DNA of 64,000 nucleotides from the human T2T-CHM13v2.0 reference genome, Homo sapiens. The DNA is taken from assembly GCF_009914755.1 (NCBI RefSeq), contig NC_060933.1; one strand, 5' to 3'. A program made the translations under genes and the position numbers. This document shows positions 41,719 to 64,000 of the stretch, in pieces. Below the pieces are notes generated by a model that saw only the letters and a program-made list of their open reading frames with translations, did no database searches and was not told the DNA's origin. Positions within the stretch are counted from its first letter, which is position 1. Each line of letters starts with the position of its first letter.

Positions 41719-42451
41719 CCTGTCAGCTGTCCTATTTCTTCCACTAGATTTCTTTCTTTTGTTTTGTTTAAGCTAGTTTCAATGACAGGCAACTATCTCT
41801 TGTAATGAAATGATCCTAAGATAAAGTGTTATTGTAAAGTTCAAATGTAATTAGATAAGGAAATGTGCGTACATGTGGTTAGCACATATCTAGAAAATGA
41901 TGGTTATTAAAGAGTAACTGGTTACAATTATCTCAATCTTATCACTATTAAAATTTCCCCAAGGTCAGCCTGCTTTTTTCAGGACAAGGATTATAATATT
42001 TCACGAGATTCAAATTAGTCGTATATTTTTAATTTGAAAAGAAAACTACAAAAGATGTTATAATTCAGTGTAAGCACATTTTATAGCAAATTTATTGTTT
42101 GATTTCATTTTCATGTTATATTAAAATTTTTTGTATCAGTGCTTGTCCAACATGGTACAATGGAAACAATCACATTGGAATAATCAAATTTTTGAATTAC
42201 TTATAATATGCTCTTTCATTTTACCAGATTTTTTGAAATAAAAAATGAATATTAAAGAATATTCATAGTATCTATAGCTATTTTCTGTTCAATTTCTGAA
42301 AGAATGAGGAATAGTAGCTTTTCAAAAGCTGGATTTTGGTTTTTGTTTAATTATAATATCATTCAAAGGACTAATAAAGACTAAAAGGAACAATGACTTT
42401 ATTGTAAAGATACGTATAGACTGACTCTTCAAAGTCACCATGAGGAAGGCT

Positions 42452-42610
42452 GCACTGTGGCTATTTAAATGTAAATATATTTAAATTAAACAAAACTAAA
42501 AATATAGTTTTTTAGTTACATGAGCCACATTTCAAGTGCTCAATATGTTGCTACCATATTGGATAAGTATGGAAGATTTCCTTCACCCCAGGAAGTTCTG
42601 TAAAGCACTA
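42452..42610. mobile_element. MER3-type hAT-Charlie remnant
   Basis: TGTGGCTATTTAAAT...AGCCACATTTCAAGTGCTCAATA..GCTACCATATTGGA. Confidence 0.7.
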
Positions 42611-43190
42611 GCTTTCTCCACATCTTTCTTTCTTTATTAGGCATTGTTTTCCATAAAATTTTCTACCTGCTATGACCACTCAAAGCCCTACTTCCGTCTC
42701 ACCCATGGGCAAAATATCCACTACAGTGGCCATTTACCTTTTTGTTAAAGTCACAGAAAGAATGTAGTAACACTCTGTTATTTTTTTTAATCCAACAACC
42801 TCTTTTAATTGTGAAACTGCTGCCTCTGACTACAAGCATGAGCAATTGACCAGGTCTAATCTCATCAACCATGGCTCCTTATATTCCTTACTCTAGTTGT
42901 GAGTCCAAGGGTAGGCATGGAATTGTATTAGGATCATAGACCCTTTACGAGATTATAATATTCCAATATTGGGGCAAGATAGGTCTCTCTTGCTTTTACT
43001 TGGAACAAGTGATCGATGGAGATGGCAGAGGCCGTCTTGGCACCATAGGGAAAAGGCCTGCTTGAGAATGAAGCTAAGCAAATGCAAACAGTGCTGAGAG
43101 ATGTGGCATTGTTCCTAAATCTCAATGTGTGAAAAAACCAATTCCTTTAGCTTGAATGTGGTTACAGCTGTTTGCAACCAAAATATTTCT

Positions 43191-43431
43191 GAGGCTGAGG
43201 AGGGAGGATTGCTTGAGCCCAGGAGTTTGAGACCAGCCTGGGCAATGTAGCAAGACCCTGTTTCCATGAAAAAAAAAATTACCTGGGCCTGGTTGTGTGT
43301 GCCTGTAGTCCCAGCTACTTGGGAGGCTGGGGTAGGAGGATCTCTCAAGCCCAGGAAGTCAAGGCTGCAGTGAGCCATGATGACACTGCTGCACTCCAGC
43401 TTACGCAACAGAGTGAGACCATTTAAGAAAA
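43191..43431 (+). mobile_element. AluJ, 5'-truncated
   Basis: GGAGGATTGCTTGAGCCCAGGAG and AAGGCTGCAGTGAGCCATGAT J-type motifs. Confidence 0.88.
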
Positions 43432-43830
43432 AGTCTGGTTAATATATGGGTATTCGTGCATTTTATGACATTGTGTATTAAAAGATACATATTTACAATA
43501 CTACATTATTTAACTCTCTAAGTAGATTTCTATATAGTATAATACTGCCATTATGTTTTGTCTTTGACATTGCATATTGTCAATTTTATTCAGTTTATTT
43601 AGTGCATACTTTATGTAAGGTACTCTCATATTCAAAAATTCTTCTAATAAAATAAATGGACAAATCAAGAATGTATCAAAGAATATGAGTTCTGTCTTGA
43701 TCATTGGTATAGTTTGGATATTTGTGCCCTCCAAATCTCATGTTGAAATGTGATCCGCAATGTTGGAAGTGGGGCCTGGTGGGAGGTATTTGCATCATAG
43801 GGGTGGGTTCCTCATGAAAAGCTTGGTGTC

Positions 43831-44181
<351 letters not shown>

Positions 44182-44386
44182 TCACAGGAGGTCTGATTGG
44201 TAAAAAGAGTCTGGCACTTCGTTCCCTCTCTCGCCACCTGAGAGGCCAACTCCCCCTTCACCATCTGCCATGATTGTAAGCTTCCTGAGGCCTCACCAGA
44301 AGCAGATGCTGATGCCATGCTTTTTGTACAGTCTGCAGAACTGTGAGCCAAAATAAATCTCTTTTCCCTCTAAACCACTCAGCCTT

Positions 44387-44695
<309 letters not shown>

Positions 44696-46097
44696 TCAGC
44701 CTCAGGTATTCCTTTATAGCAACGCAAAATTGACTAATACAATCACAATTACTTTTTAAATGCAAACTAGCTGTGAAAGTTGTCTGTCTCAAATATTTAA
44801 GACTATAATTTTATGATCATACAACTCATACTCCCAGCACTCAGTAAAGACAACGTATATTTCTGTCAGTCTTTCATACGCACAATTAGAAAATGATTAA
44901 AATAGTCTGATAATAGATTTCCCTGTTAAGCTCAGAAGCCCAGTATTCTTTCTTGGTTTTTAACTGGCATGCTCCTTTTAATTTTATATGTATTTCTTTT
45001 AATGATGAATATAGAGGCAACAAATAATACTTTTCTTTATATATGACTGGATTACAATTAACTGATGAATTTAGGAAAGGACTTAAAGATTTATTTTTAT
45101 CATCTTGTAATTTAAAACAAAACAACAGGGCTATAAACTCCAAATATGCAAGTAAATGTAAAGCTCAACTTCAAAAAATAAATGACTTGACAATGATGAA
45201 AAAGTAGAAAATGTTTGAGAAACTTTATAGAAATATCCTTTTACTTCAAAAACAGGAGAAATATGTACCACAGGTAGGCCCCTACTTACAGACTCCTAAT
45301 TATTCATATGTGAATTCTCAGAAGGCAAGGGCTGGGGGTAATACTGCTTTTAATGAAAGTCTGCTCTTATGAGTTTTCAGATGCCATAACCAAACTGACA
45401 TTGTGTACCGTTGTTCTCTGGGGAGCTTCATGCACAGAATGAACTCATATGTTACATGACCTTGGGCCAAACAATATCTTAAAGAAGTAATCAGTATAAC
45501 ATTTCAGAAATTGAGGTGGCCAAAGTCGGTCCAGGAAAGTCTCTCAGGATTTGATATGCTGAGTGCAGGAGAATTCATTTTCCATTCAGAGAAAAGGTCG
45601 TACAAAGTCTTCATGTGCCTCAAGTGCTGAAAGCAATATAGAAGAAGAAAAATTGGGCTTAAACAAAATTTTAAAAAATCTGTCTTCATTTTCTCCCCCG
45701 TGATCCTTTATATCTAGGAAGGCTATTACTGTGGAGAGGCCTTAATATGGACTATTTAGACCAGTCATTTGAACAAATGTCCTAACAACAGCAGAAAAAC
45801 ATGATCAGTGTTCTGCCGAATCTGGACTTGTAATCAAGTAGTCAGTGTTTAAGAGACAAGTTTAGGTCATGGAAATATACTGGAGCCAAAAATCAGAATT
45901 CTAGTTTTTGCTCCAGCACTGATTTGTTCAGCTATGAGTGATGTTTTCAGATAGATTTCTTTAGGGTAGGAAGCAATAATGTTATATGAGTTGGAAAGGC
46001 TTGATGAATGTTACTGAGTAAATAGATGTTTGCTGATTGCTGTTGAACAGTGGATCAAATTATTAAAGAAAAGTTAGGATAGAAAAATCCAAATACA

Positions 46098-46437
<340 letters not shown>

Positions 46438-47619
46438 TTAGAGTTCATTAGTTACAAAGCTGTTAAGATTATAGATATTGCATATTATAATATATACGTG
46501 TGGAATTTCTGGAACTGATATTGTTTTTGTTTAAGCAGTTGCCAGTTTGGCAACATTTTACATTTTCTGTAGTGAGTGAAAACAAATTATTTGATCTGTA
46601 ATTACTATTTTATGAAACATATTATTTGACTGTTAAATCATCAATTCTTTTGGAGCTGGCCAACAATGTACCAATTTATTTTTAGTAGTGCAGCCCATGA
46701 TAAAGAAAAGCAGAAAGCCACTAAGGACAAAAAGATTACTGAGAGCTCCTCCTCATTGTACTTAAATTTTGTTTAGGATGAGATAAACGGAAAAAGAGCT
46801 TCAGACTTTGAAGATCTAGAAATGTGGGCAAATTTTCCAAATGTTCGTGTGGATGAGTAAACTGTCACATTTCCAGAACGAAGAACATTGTTTTTTATTC
46901 TGCCTGGACTAGTATTAGGGAAAATGTTCAATTGAAAAAGTTACCATATAAGAATTATATCCAGAGTATCATATTTAATTGATTTTTTGCTTACACACAC
47001 AAAAAAAATTCAATTATCAATGTTTTTGAGCAAAAATAAGGCAACAGGTCAGGCTCTAAAAATAAATATAAGACTATAAAAGATGCATGTCTTATATTCT
47101 ACCATGGTAAATGGGGCAGTGAAAGGAGTATGCGGAGTCCTCCTTCTGGTATACAGAATTTATATTATTGCTTTATTATTGCCTCACACACATCAACCCT
47201 TGAGGCAGGAAAGATGTGTTCATAGAAAGCAACTTACCAGTGACCGTGCCAGACATGTTCAAATGTGCTTCACTATGACATGGTAAGAAAACACTAATAT
47301 TAATGTAACATCAACAAGAATTCAGTAAAGATAGAAATCTGATAATAGTAACAACCATCATTAATTAATGAGTCCTTGTTATATACCAGGCACTGTGTTA
47401 GTGCTCTCTGTCTTTCTGTCTGTCTCTCTCTCTCAGAAACTATGCATATTCATATATATTTATATAAAATGATCATACAATTCTAGCAACCACATAAAAG
47501 TTTGGAAGCGTTTCCCCTTTTTTCTCTTTTTGAAGAAATGGGGAAACACAGGCACAGACAAATATGGAAACTTTGCAGCATTCATGCAGAGGATGCAGAA
47601 TGGAGCCTGAATTAAAATG

Positions 47620-50105
<2,486 letters not shown>

Positions 50106-50121
50106 AATACAGGAAATTGTA

Positions 50122-50890
<769 letters not shown>

Positions 50891-51134
50891 GGTAGAATAT
50901 AGGAGGCAGTGGCACTGCATCACTCCCACTGGAACAAGTAGTTCAAAAAGTAAAGAAATTGGAAATGTAATCGTTTTAAAGATATCAGAGAGCTGTGGTG
51001 GCATAGATGATTAGATGGACTACAAGTGAAGTTGAGATGACTCCTATTTCCTTCACTGAGAGGCAAGGTTTCTGTTCAGACTTGCCCTAAGCTGAGGTGT
51101 TTCGCCAGGGGAAAGAGAAGACAATAGAGTTTAC

Positions 51135-57305
<6,171 letters not shown>

Positions 57306-59492
57306 CACAGGCTACTCTTCGTTGTGCAATCTGTGGACCCAGTTGTCATCTGCCACCACTGTCTAGTTATCTTTTGACTGCCACAAGTGGACTCCAAAAA
57401 ATCTCCAAAAGAAATTGTTACCATAACAAGATGGCCAACTAGACACAGCCAGGAAGCACTGCTCCCACTGAGAGACACCAAAATATTGAGTACACCAATG
57501 TATTTTGAGCCCATCTTCAGAGAGAAAATGCTGAGAGTCATTACAGAGGTGATGCAGACAACAAGGCTGAAGAGGGAGGAAGCTGGAAACCCTGCACAGG
57601 ATACTTGCATGACAGGGCTAGTTCCCAGACCTGAATGCCTCCTGGGGAAGGGATAAGTGAAGGGATGGAGGGACAGGCCACTCTCACTGTGGACCTCTGG
57701 GATCCTAGGTACATAGAACTTCACATTCTCCATGGACATTTGAGCTGGCAGGGGGATCTTCAAAGAGAGTTGGCAGAGACAGGGCTTCACCGGCATGGAG
57801 CCTAGGAGCTTTTGTGCATGTGGAGCTGTGGCAGAGCATGGCCTAGACACCCATCCCCCAGGGCTCCCCACCTCCCTACAGGCAGCTCTAGCCTCAGCTG
57901 ATTGCTGGCCCAAGAGAGAGTGTGGCTGGCTTCCCTGTGGGACTGGGAAACTTCCAGGGCCCCTGCCTGGCCACCCTGCAGGAGGTGTGCACAGAGTAGC
58001 CTCTGCTGCCAAGCCTGGGTGCTTTGCTTCACCTGAGTACCTTCCTGGTGGCCTGGGAGCACTTTGGATCCCCCAGAACAGCTGGGGCCCAATCTCAAGG
58101 GTCTGGAGGATGAAGCTGAAAGCCAGTCCTAGCTCCCCAAAACTACACAAATACATGGAAATTGAACAGCTTGCTCCAGAATAACTCCTTGGTGAACAAT
58201 AAAATTAAGGAAGAAATAAAAAAATTCTTTGAAATAAATGAAAATAGGGACACAGCTTACCAAAATCTCTGGAACACAGCTAGAACAGTATTAAGAGGAA
58301 AGTTTATAGCACTAAGAACCTTCAGCAAGAAATTAGAAAGGTCTCAAATTAACAATGTACCTTTGCAACTAGAGGAACTAGAAAAAAACAAGCCAACCCC
58401 AAAGCAAGCAGAAGATAATAAATATCTAAAATTAGAGAAGAACTGAATGAAATTTAGACACAAAAATCCATAGAAAAGATCAATGAAACAAAGTGTTTTT
58501 TCTTCAAAAGAATAAACAAGATCAATAAACCACTAGCTATATTAACAAAGAAAAAAAGAGAAGATCTAAATAAGTACAATCAGAAATGACAAAGAAGACA
58601 TTGCAACTGATCCCACAAAAATACAAAAGATCCTCAGAGACTATTATGAACAGCTCTATGTACACAAATTAAGAAAACCTAGAGAAAATGGATAAATTCC
58701 TGGAAACACACAAATTCCCAATATTGAACCAGAAAGAAAATGAAAACTTGAACAGACCAATAAGTTCCAAAATTATATCAGTATTAAAGAAACTGCCAAC
58801 CCCAAAAGAAAAAAAAGAAAAAGAAAAAGAAAAGCCCTGGACCAGATGGATTCACAGACAAATTCTCTCAGACATAAAAAGAAGAACTGGTACCAATCAT
58901 ATTGAAACTATTCAAAAAAATCGAAAAGGAAGGGTACCTCTCTAACTTATCCTATGAAGCCAGAATCAGTCTGATACCAAAATCTGGCAGAGACACAACA
59001 AAAAAAGAAAACTTCAGGCCAATATAACTAACGAACATAGGTGCGAAAATTCTCAACAAAATACTAGCAAACTGAATCCAGCAGCACATCAAAAAGTTAA
59101 TTTACTACAATAAGGCAGGCTTTACTCCTGGGATTCAAGGCTGGTTGAACATATGCAAATCAATAAATGTGATCCACCACAGTAACAGAATTAAAAGCAA
59201 AACCCATATGATCATCTCAGTAGATGCAAAAAAAGCTTTCAATAAAATCCAACATCCCTTCATGATAAAAGCCCTCAACAAACTAGGCATCTAAGGTACA
59301 TACCTCAAAATAATAAGAGCCATCTACACCAAACCCACAGCCAACAGCATACTGACTGTGCAAAAGCCAGAAGCATTCCCCCTAAGAACAAAAACAAGAC
59401 AATGATGCCTACTCTCACTGCTGCTATTCAATGTAGTACTAACAGTCCTAGCCAGAGCAATTAGGCAAGAGGAAGAAATAAAAGACATCCGC

Positions 59493-59649
59493 GGCTGGGT
59501 GTGGTGGCTCACACCTGTAATCCCAGCACTTTGGGAGGCCGAGGCGGGCAGATCACGAGGTCAGGAGATCGAGACCATCCTGGCTAACACAGTGAAACCC
59601 TGTCTCTACTAAAAATACAAAAACAAAAACAACAAACAAACAAACAAAC
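59493..59649 (+). mobile_element. Left-arm-only AluY-like element
   Basis: TSD AAAGACATCCGC at 59481-59492 and 59650-59661. Confidence 0.92.
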
Positions 59650-59708
59650 AAAGACATCCGCATGGGAAAAAGAAGAGGTCAAATTATCTCTCTTCACTGA
59701 CAGTGTGA

Positions 59709-60005
<297 letters not shown>

Positions 60006-60133
60006 ACTGATAATATGATTCTATATCTAGAAAACCCTAAAGACTCTGCCAAAAGGCCCGTCAAACTGCTAAATGACTTCAGTAATGTTTCAGGGTACAA
60101 AAATAATGTACAAAAATCAATAGCATTTCTATA

Positions 60134-60671
60134 TATATCTGAGTACCTCAGCCTCGAAATACATTTTTAAACTATTTTTTTCCTTTCCTTCCTAATCTCA
60201 GAATGTAGCCTTATAGTGTAAGACTCTTTGTTATGCCCTTTCCCTACAGGCATATCTGTGTACAGTGCTTGCTCATCTAACTATGTGCTTGCTTAGAAAT
60301 TCCAGGAGCCAATTTTGAAACAAACCAGGCAGAGAGACCAAGCCGCAGATCTTCCCACTCAAGGGGAGTTACGCCCAAGTCCGGATGATGCAAATCAGAT
60401 CTCTAGATGGGAGATTACTTGAGATAACTATGGGAACAAGACATGCAGATATGCACTCCCTTTTCACTACTCATGTCTATATCCCACACCTTTTTCCTTC
60501 TTAAACCCCTTCACTCGGCCCAGAAGGCTGAGATGGCTCTTTTGAGGCTTATGCCCAGACATTCTCCCATCTGCTAGCATTTGACCAATAAAAGTTGCTT
60601 TCCTTTCACCACACCTCAGTTCTCATGCTTTGACTTCTGAGAGGAGAGCAGCTGGACTTGAGCTGGTTACA
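60134..60671 (+). mobile_element. ERV1-class solo LTR inserted in L1 ORF2
   Basis: 4-bp TSD TATA (60130-60133, 60672-60675); AATAAA at ~60587; ends GGTTACA; the L1 rejoins as GCATTTC-TATA-CACCAATAA. Subfamily not assigned. Confidence 0.8.
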
Positions 60672-60793
60672 TATACACCAATAATGTTCAAGCTGAGAGC
60701 CAAATCAAGAACACAATCCCATTTACAATAGCCACACACAAAAATGAAATACCTAGGAATACAGCTAACCAAGAAGGTTAAAGATCTCTACAA

Positions 60794-62233
60794 ACCTGAC
60801 AATGTTGGTGTTGTCGTGTTTGGAAATGTTTAACTAATTAAGGAAGGAGCTAGAATGAAGAGGACAAGAGCCATTGTGGACATTCCAGTTGGTGAGGAGC
60901 TGTTGGGTCATGTGGTTGATGCCCTTCGTAATGCCATTGATGGAAAGGGTCCATTTGGTTCCAAGAACCATAGGTGAGTTGGTCTGAAAGCCCCTGGAAT
61001 CATTCCTCAAATTTCAGTGCAGGAACCAATGCATACTGGCATTAAGGCTGTAAATAGCTTGGTGCCAATTGGCCATGGTCAGTGTGAGCTGATTATTGGT
61101 AATGGACAGACTGGAAAAATCTCAATTGCTATTGACACAATCATTAACCAGAAATGTTTCAATGATGGATCTGATGAAAAGAAGAAGCTGTACTGTGTCT
61201 ATGTTGTTATTGGTCAAAAGAGATCCACTGTTGCCCAGTTGGTGAAGAGACTTACGATGCAGATGCCATGAATTACACCATCGTGGTGTCAGCTACGGCC
61301 TCAGATGCTGCCCCACTTCAGTAACTGGCTCCTTACACTGGCTGTTCCATGGGAGAGTATTTTAGAGACAATGGCAAACATGCTTTGACCATCTATGACA
61401 ACTTATCCAAACAGGCTGTTGCTTACCATCAGATGTTTCTGTTGCTCTGCCAACCCCCTGGTTGTGAGGCCTATCCTGGTGTTGTGTTCTACCTATGCTC
61501 CCAGTTGCTGGAGAGAGCAGCCCAGATGAACAATGCTTTTGGTGGTGGCTCCTTGACTGCTTTGCCAGTCATAGAAACAGACTGGTGATGTGTCTGCTTA
61601 CATTCCAATGAATGTCATTTCTATCACGAACGGACAGATCTTCTTGGAAACAGAATTGTTCTACAAAGGTATCCACCCTGCCATTAATGTCGGTCTGTCT
61701 GTGTCTCGTGTCAGATCTGCTGCCCAAACCAGGGCTATGAAGCAGGTGGCAGGTACCATGAAGCTGGAAGTGGCTCAGTATCATGAGGTCACCACTTTTG
61801 CCCAGTTCAGTTCTGACCTCGATGCTGCCACTCAACAACTTTTGAGTTGTGGTGTGTGTCTAACTGAGTTGCTGAAGCAAAGACAGTATACTCCCATGGC
61901 TATTGAAGAACAAGTGGCTGTTATCCATGTGGGTATTAGGGGCTATCTTGATAAACGGGAGCCCAGCAAGATTACAAAGTTTGAGAATGCTTTCTTGTCT
62001 CATGTCAGCTGGCACCAAGCCCTGTTGGGCACTACCAGGGCTGATGGAAAGATCTCAGAAGAATCAGATGCTGAATTTGAAGCTTAAACGCCTGTGGATT
62101 TACATCAAATACCAGTTCAGTTTTGTCATTGTTTATTCTAGTAGATTAGTTTCATTTGTGAAAGGGTTACTCTCATACTCCTTATGTACAGAAATCACAT
62201 GAAAAGTAAAGGTTCCATAATGTGAAAAAGAAA
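60794..62233 (+). pseudogene. ATP5F1AP: 5'-truncated processed pseudogene of mitochondrial ATP synthase F1 subunit alpha
   Basis: Intronless match from PDNVGVVVFGN through the decayed P-loop GNGQTGKI (parent GDRQTGKT), SKQAVAY and [11 protein letters not shown] to FEA-stop (62087). Has in-frame stops, frameshifts, 3'UTR, a short A tail and a 14-bp TSD AAAGATCTCTACAA (60780-60793, 62234-62247). Paralogue number not determinable. Confidence 0.97.
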
Positions 62234-64000
62234 AAAGATCTCTACAAGGGGAACTGCCAACCACTGCTGGAAGAAATCACAGATGACACAAATAAATAAA
62301 AAAAAATTCCATGCTGATGGATTGGAAGAATCAATATTGTTAAAATGACCATGCTGCCCAAAGCAGTTTAAAGATTTAATGCTATAACTACCAATGTCAT
62401 TTTTCACAGAACTAGAAAAAACTATTCTAAAATTCATATAGAACCAAAAAACAGCCCGAATAGCTAAAGCAATCCTAAGCAAAAAGAACAAAGCTGGAGG
62501 CATCACACTACCCAACTTCAAACTATACTATAAGGCTACAGTAAGCAAAACAGCTTGGTCCTGGTACAAAAAAAGACAGATGAATGGAACAGAATAGATA
62601 ATCCAGAAGCAGTTCTGCACACCTATAGCCATCTGCTCTTTGACAAAGCCCACAAAAAAATGGGAAAAGGGTCCCCTATTCAATAAATAGTGCTGAAATA
62701 ACTAGCTAGCCATATGCAGAACAATGAAACTGGACCCCTACCTTTTATCGTATACAAAAATTAACTCAAAATGAATTCAAGATTTAAATGTATGACCTCA
62801 AACTATAAGAATCCTGGAAGAAAATCTAGGAAAAACAGTATTCTGGACATCAGCCTTGGCAAAGAATTTTTGGCTAAGTCCCCAAAAGCAATTGCAACAA
62901 AACCAAAAACTGACATGTGGGACCCAATTAGACTAAAAAGCTCCTGCTCATCGAAAGAAACTGTCAGTAAACAGACAACCTACATAATAGGAGAAAATAT
63001 TTGCAAAGTATGCATCTAACAAAGGTCTAATATCCAGAACCTATGAGGAGCTCAAACAAATCAAGAAAAAACAAACAAATAACCCCATTAAAAAATGGGC
63101 AAAGGACATGGACAGATACTTCTCAAAAGAAGGCATACAAGTGGCCAACAAACATATGAAAAAATGTCCAACATCACTATCATCAGAGCAACGCAAATCA
63201 AAACTACAATAAGATACGACCTCACCCCAGTCAGAATGGCTATTATGAAAAGGTCAAAAAACAACAGATGCTGGTGAGGCTGTGTGTGCATAAAAGGGAA
63301 TGCTTATAAACTGTTGAGGGGAATGTAAACTGGTTCAGCCACTGTGGAAAGCAATTGAAGATTTCTCAAAGAACTTAGAACTACCATTTAACCTACCAAT
63401 CCCATTATTGGGCATATACCCAAGGGAAAATAAATCATTCTACCAAAAAGACACATACACTTGTATGTTCATAACAGCATTATTCGCAATAGCAAAGACA
63501 TGGAATTAACCTGGGTGCTTATCAACGGTAGATTGAATTTTAAAAATGTAGTAGTAGTACATATACACCACAGAATACTACACAGCTATAGAAAAGAATG
63601 AAATCATGTCCTTTTCAGAAACATGGATGCAACTGGAGGCCATAACCCTAAGTAAATTGTTATAATATAGGAATGGAAAACCAAATACAGCTTGTTCTCA
63701 CTTGTAAGTGGGAGCTAAACACTGAGTACACATTGACATAAATATGGTAACACTAGGCACTGTGAACTACTGGAAGGGGCAGGAGGGAGGGGAGATGGGT
63801 TGAAAAACTGCCTGTTAGGTAATATGCTCACTACCTGGGTGATGGAATCCATATCCTAAACATCAGCATTATTCCACATACCTGTGTAAAAACTTGCAGC
63901 TATGTCCCCTGAATATAAAATAAAATCAAAATTATTTTTTTAAAAAGAAATTGTTGTCATTACAGGAAGTGGTAGATATTTTGGGTTCTGCCTAGGCTGT

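Noticed and set aside
58120-58160. 5'UTR-ORF2 junctions (also at 36360) as spliced L1 RNA products
   Set aside because: As I recall the ORF2 consensus, there is no AG acceptor immediately before either junction; short microhomology fits better.
61017-62087. Three ATP synthase alpha ORFs as a functional gene or bacterial atpA
   Set aside because: They are frameshifted fragments of one intronless retrocopy with stops, a damaged P-loop, an A tail and TSDs.

Overview
This is human genomic DNA: it carries Alu, L1, L2, MIR, MaLR/ERVL and Tigger/Charlie repeats, and a 5'-truncated AluYb8-type copy points to Homo sapiens. I find no intact protein-coding gene, RNA gene, CRISPR array or prokaryotic-type system, and the window reads as a repeat-dense intergenic or intronic segment. 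Main landmarks: (1) a decayed ERVL (HERV-L/MLT2) provirus on the minus strand at about 2.0-9.7 kb with nested MST, Tigger5/MER47 and L1PB insertions; (2) a MER41-type solo LTR; (3) two convergent L1 remnants fused at about 35.66 kb; (4) a long L1MB; (5) a TSD-bounded L1PA15/16-type element at 57.4-63.9 kb hosting two Alus, an ERV1 LTR and a 5'-truncated processed ATP5F1A pseudogene. The most unusual structures visible in the sequence are a 29-bp fold-back hairpin in an L1 5'UTR repeat, an Alu carrying extra unique sequence inside its TSDs, a 187-bp duplication around a 57-bp orphan filler, the young AluYb8 beside an older Alu, and two L1s whose 5'UTR is joined directly to ORF2. Some candidate minus-strand non-coding exons are also present. 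Repeat subfamily names come from recalled consensus sequences and need RepeatMasker/Dfam confirmation. I cannot support a claim of a new biological system.
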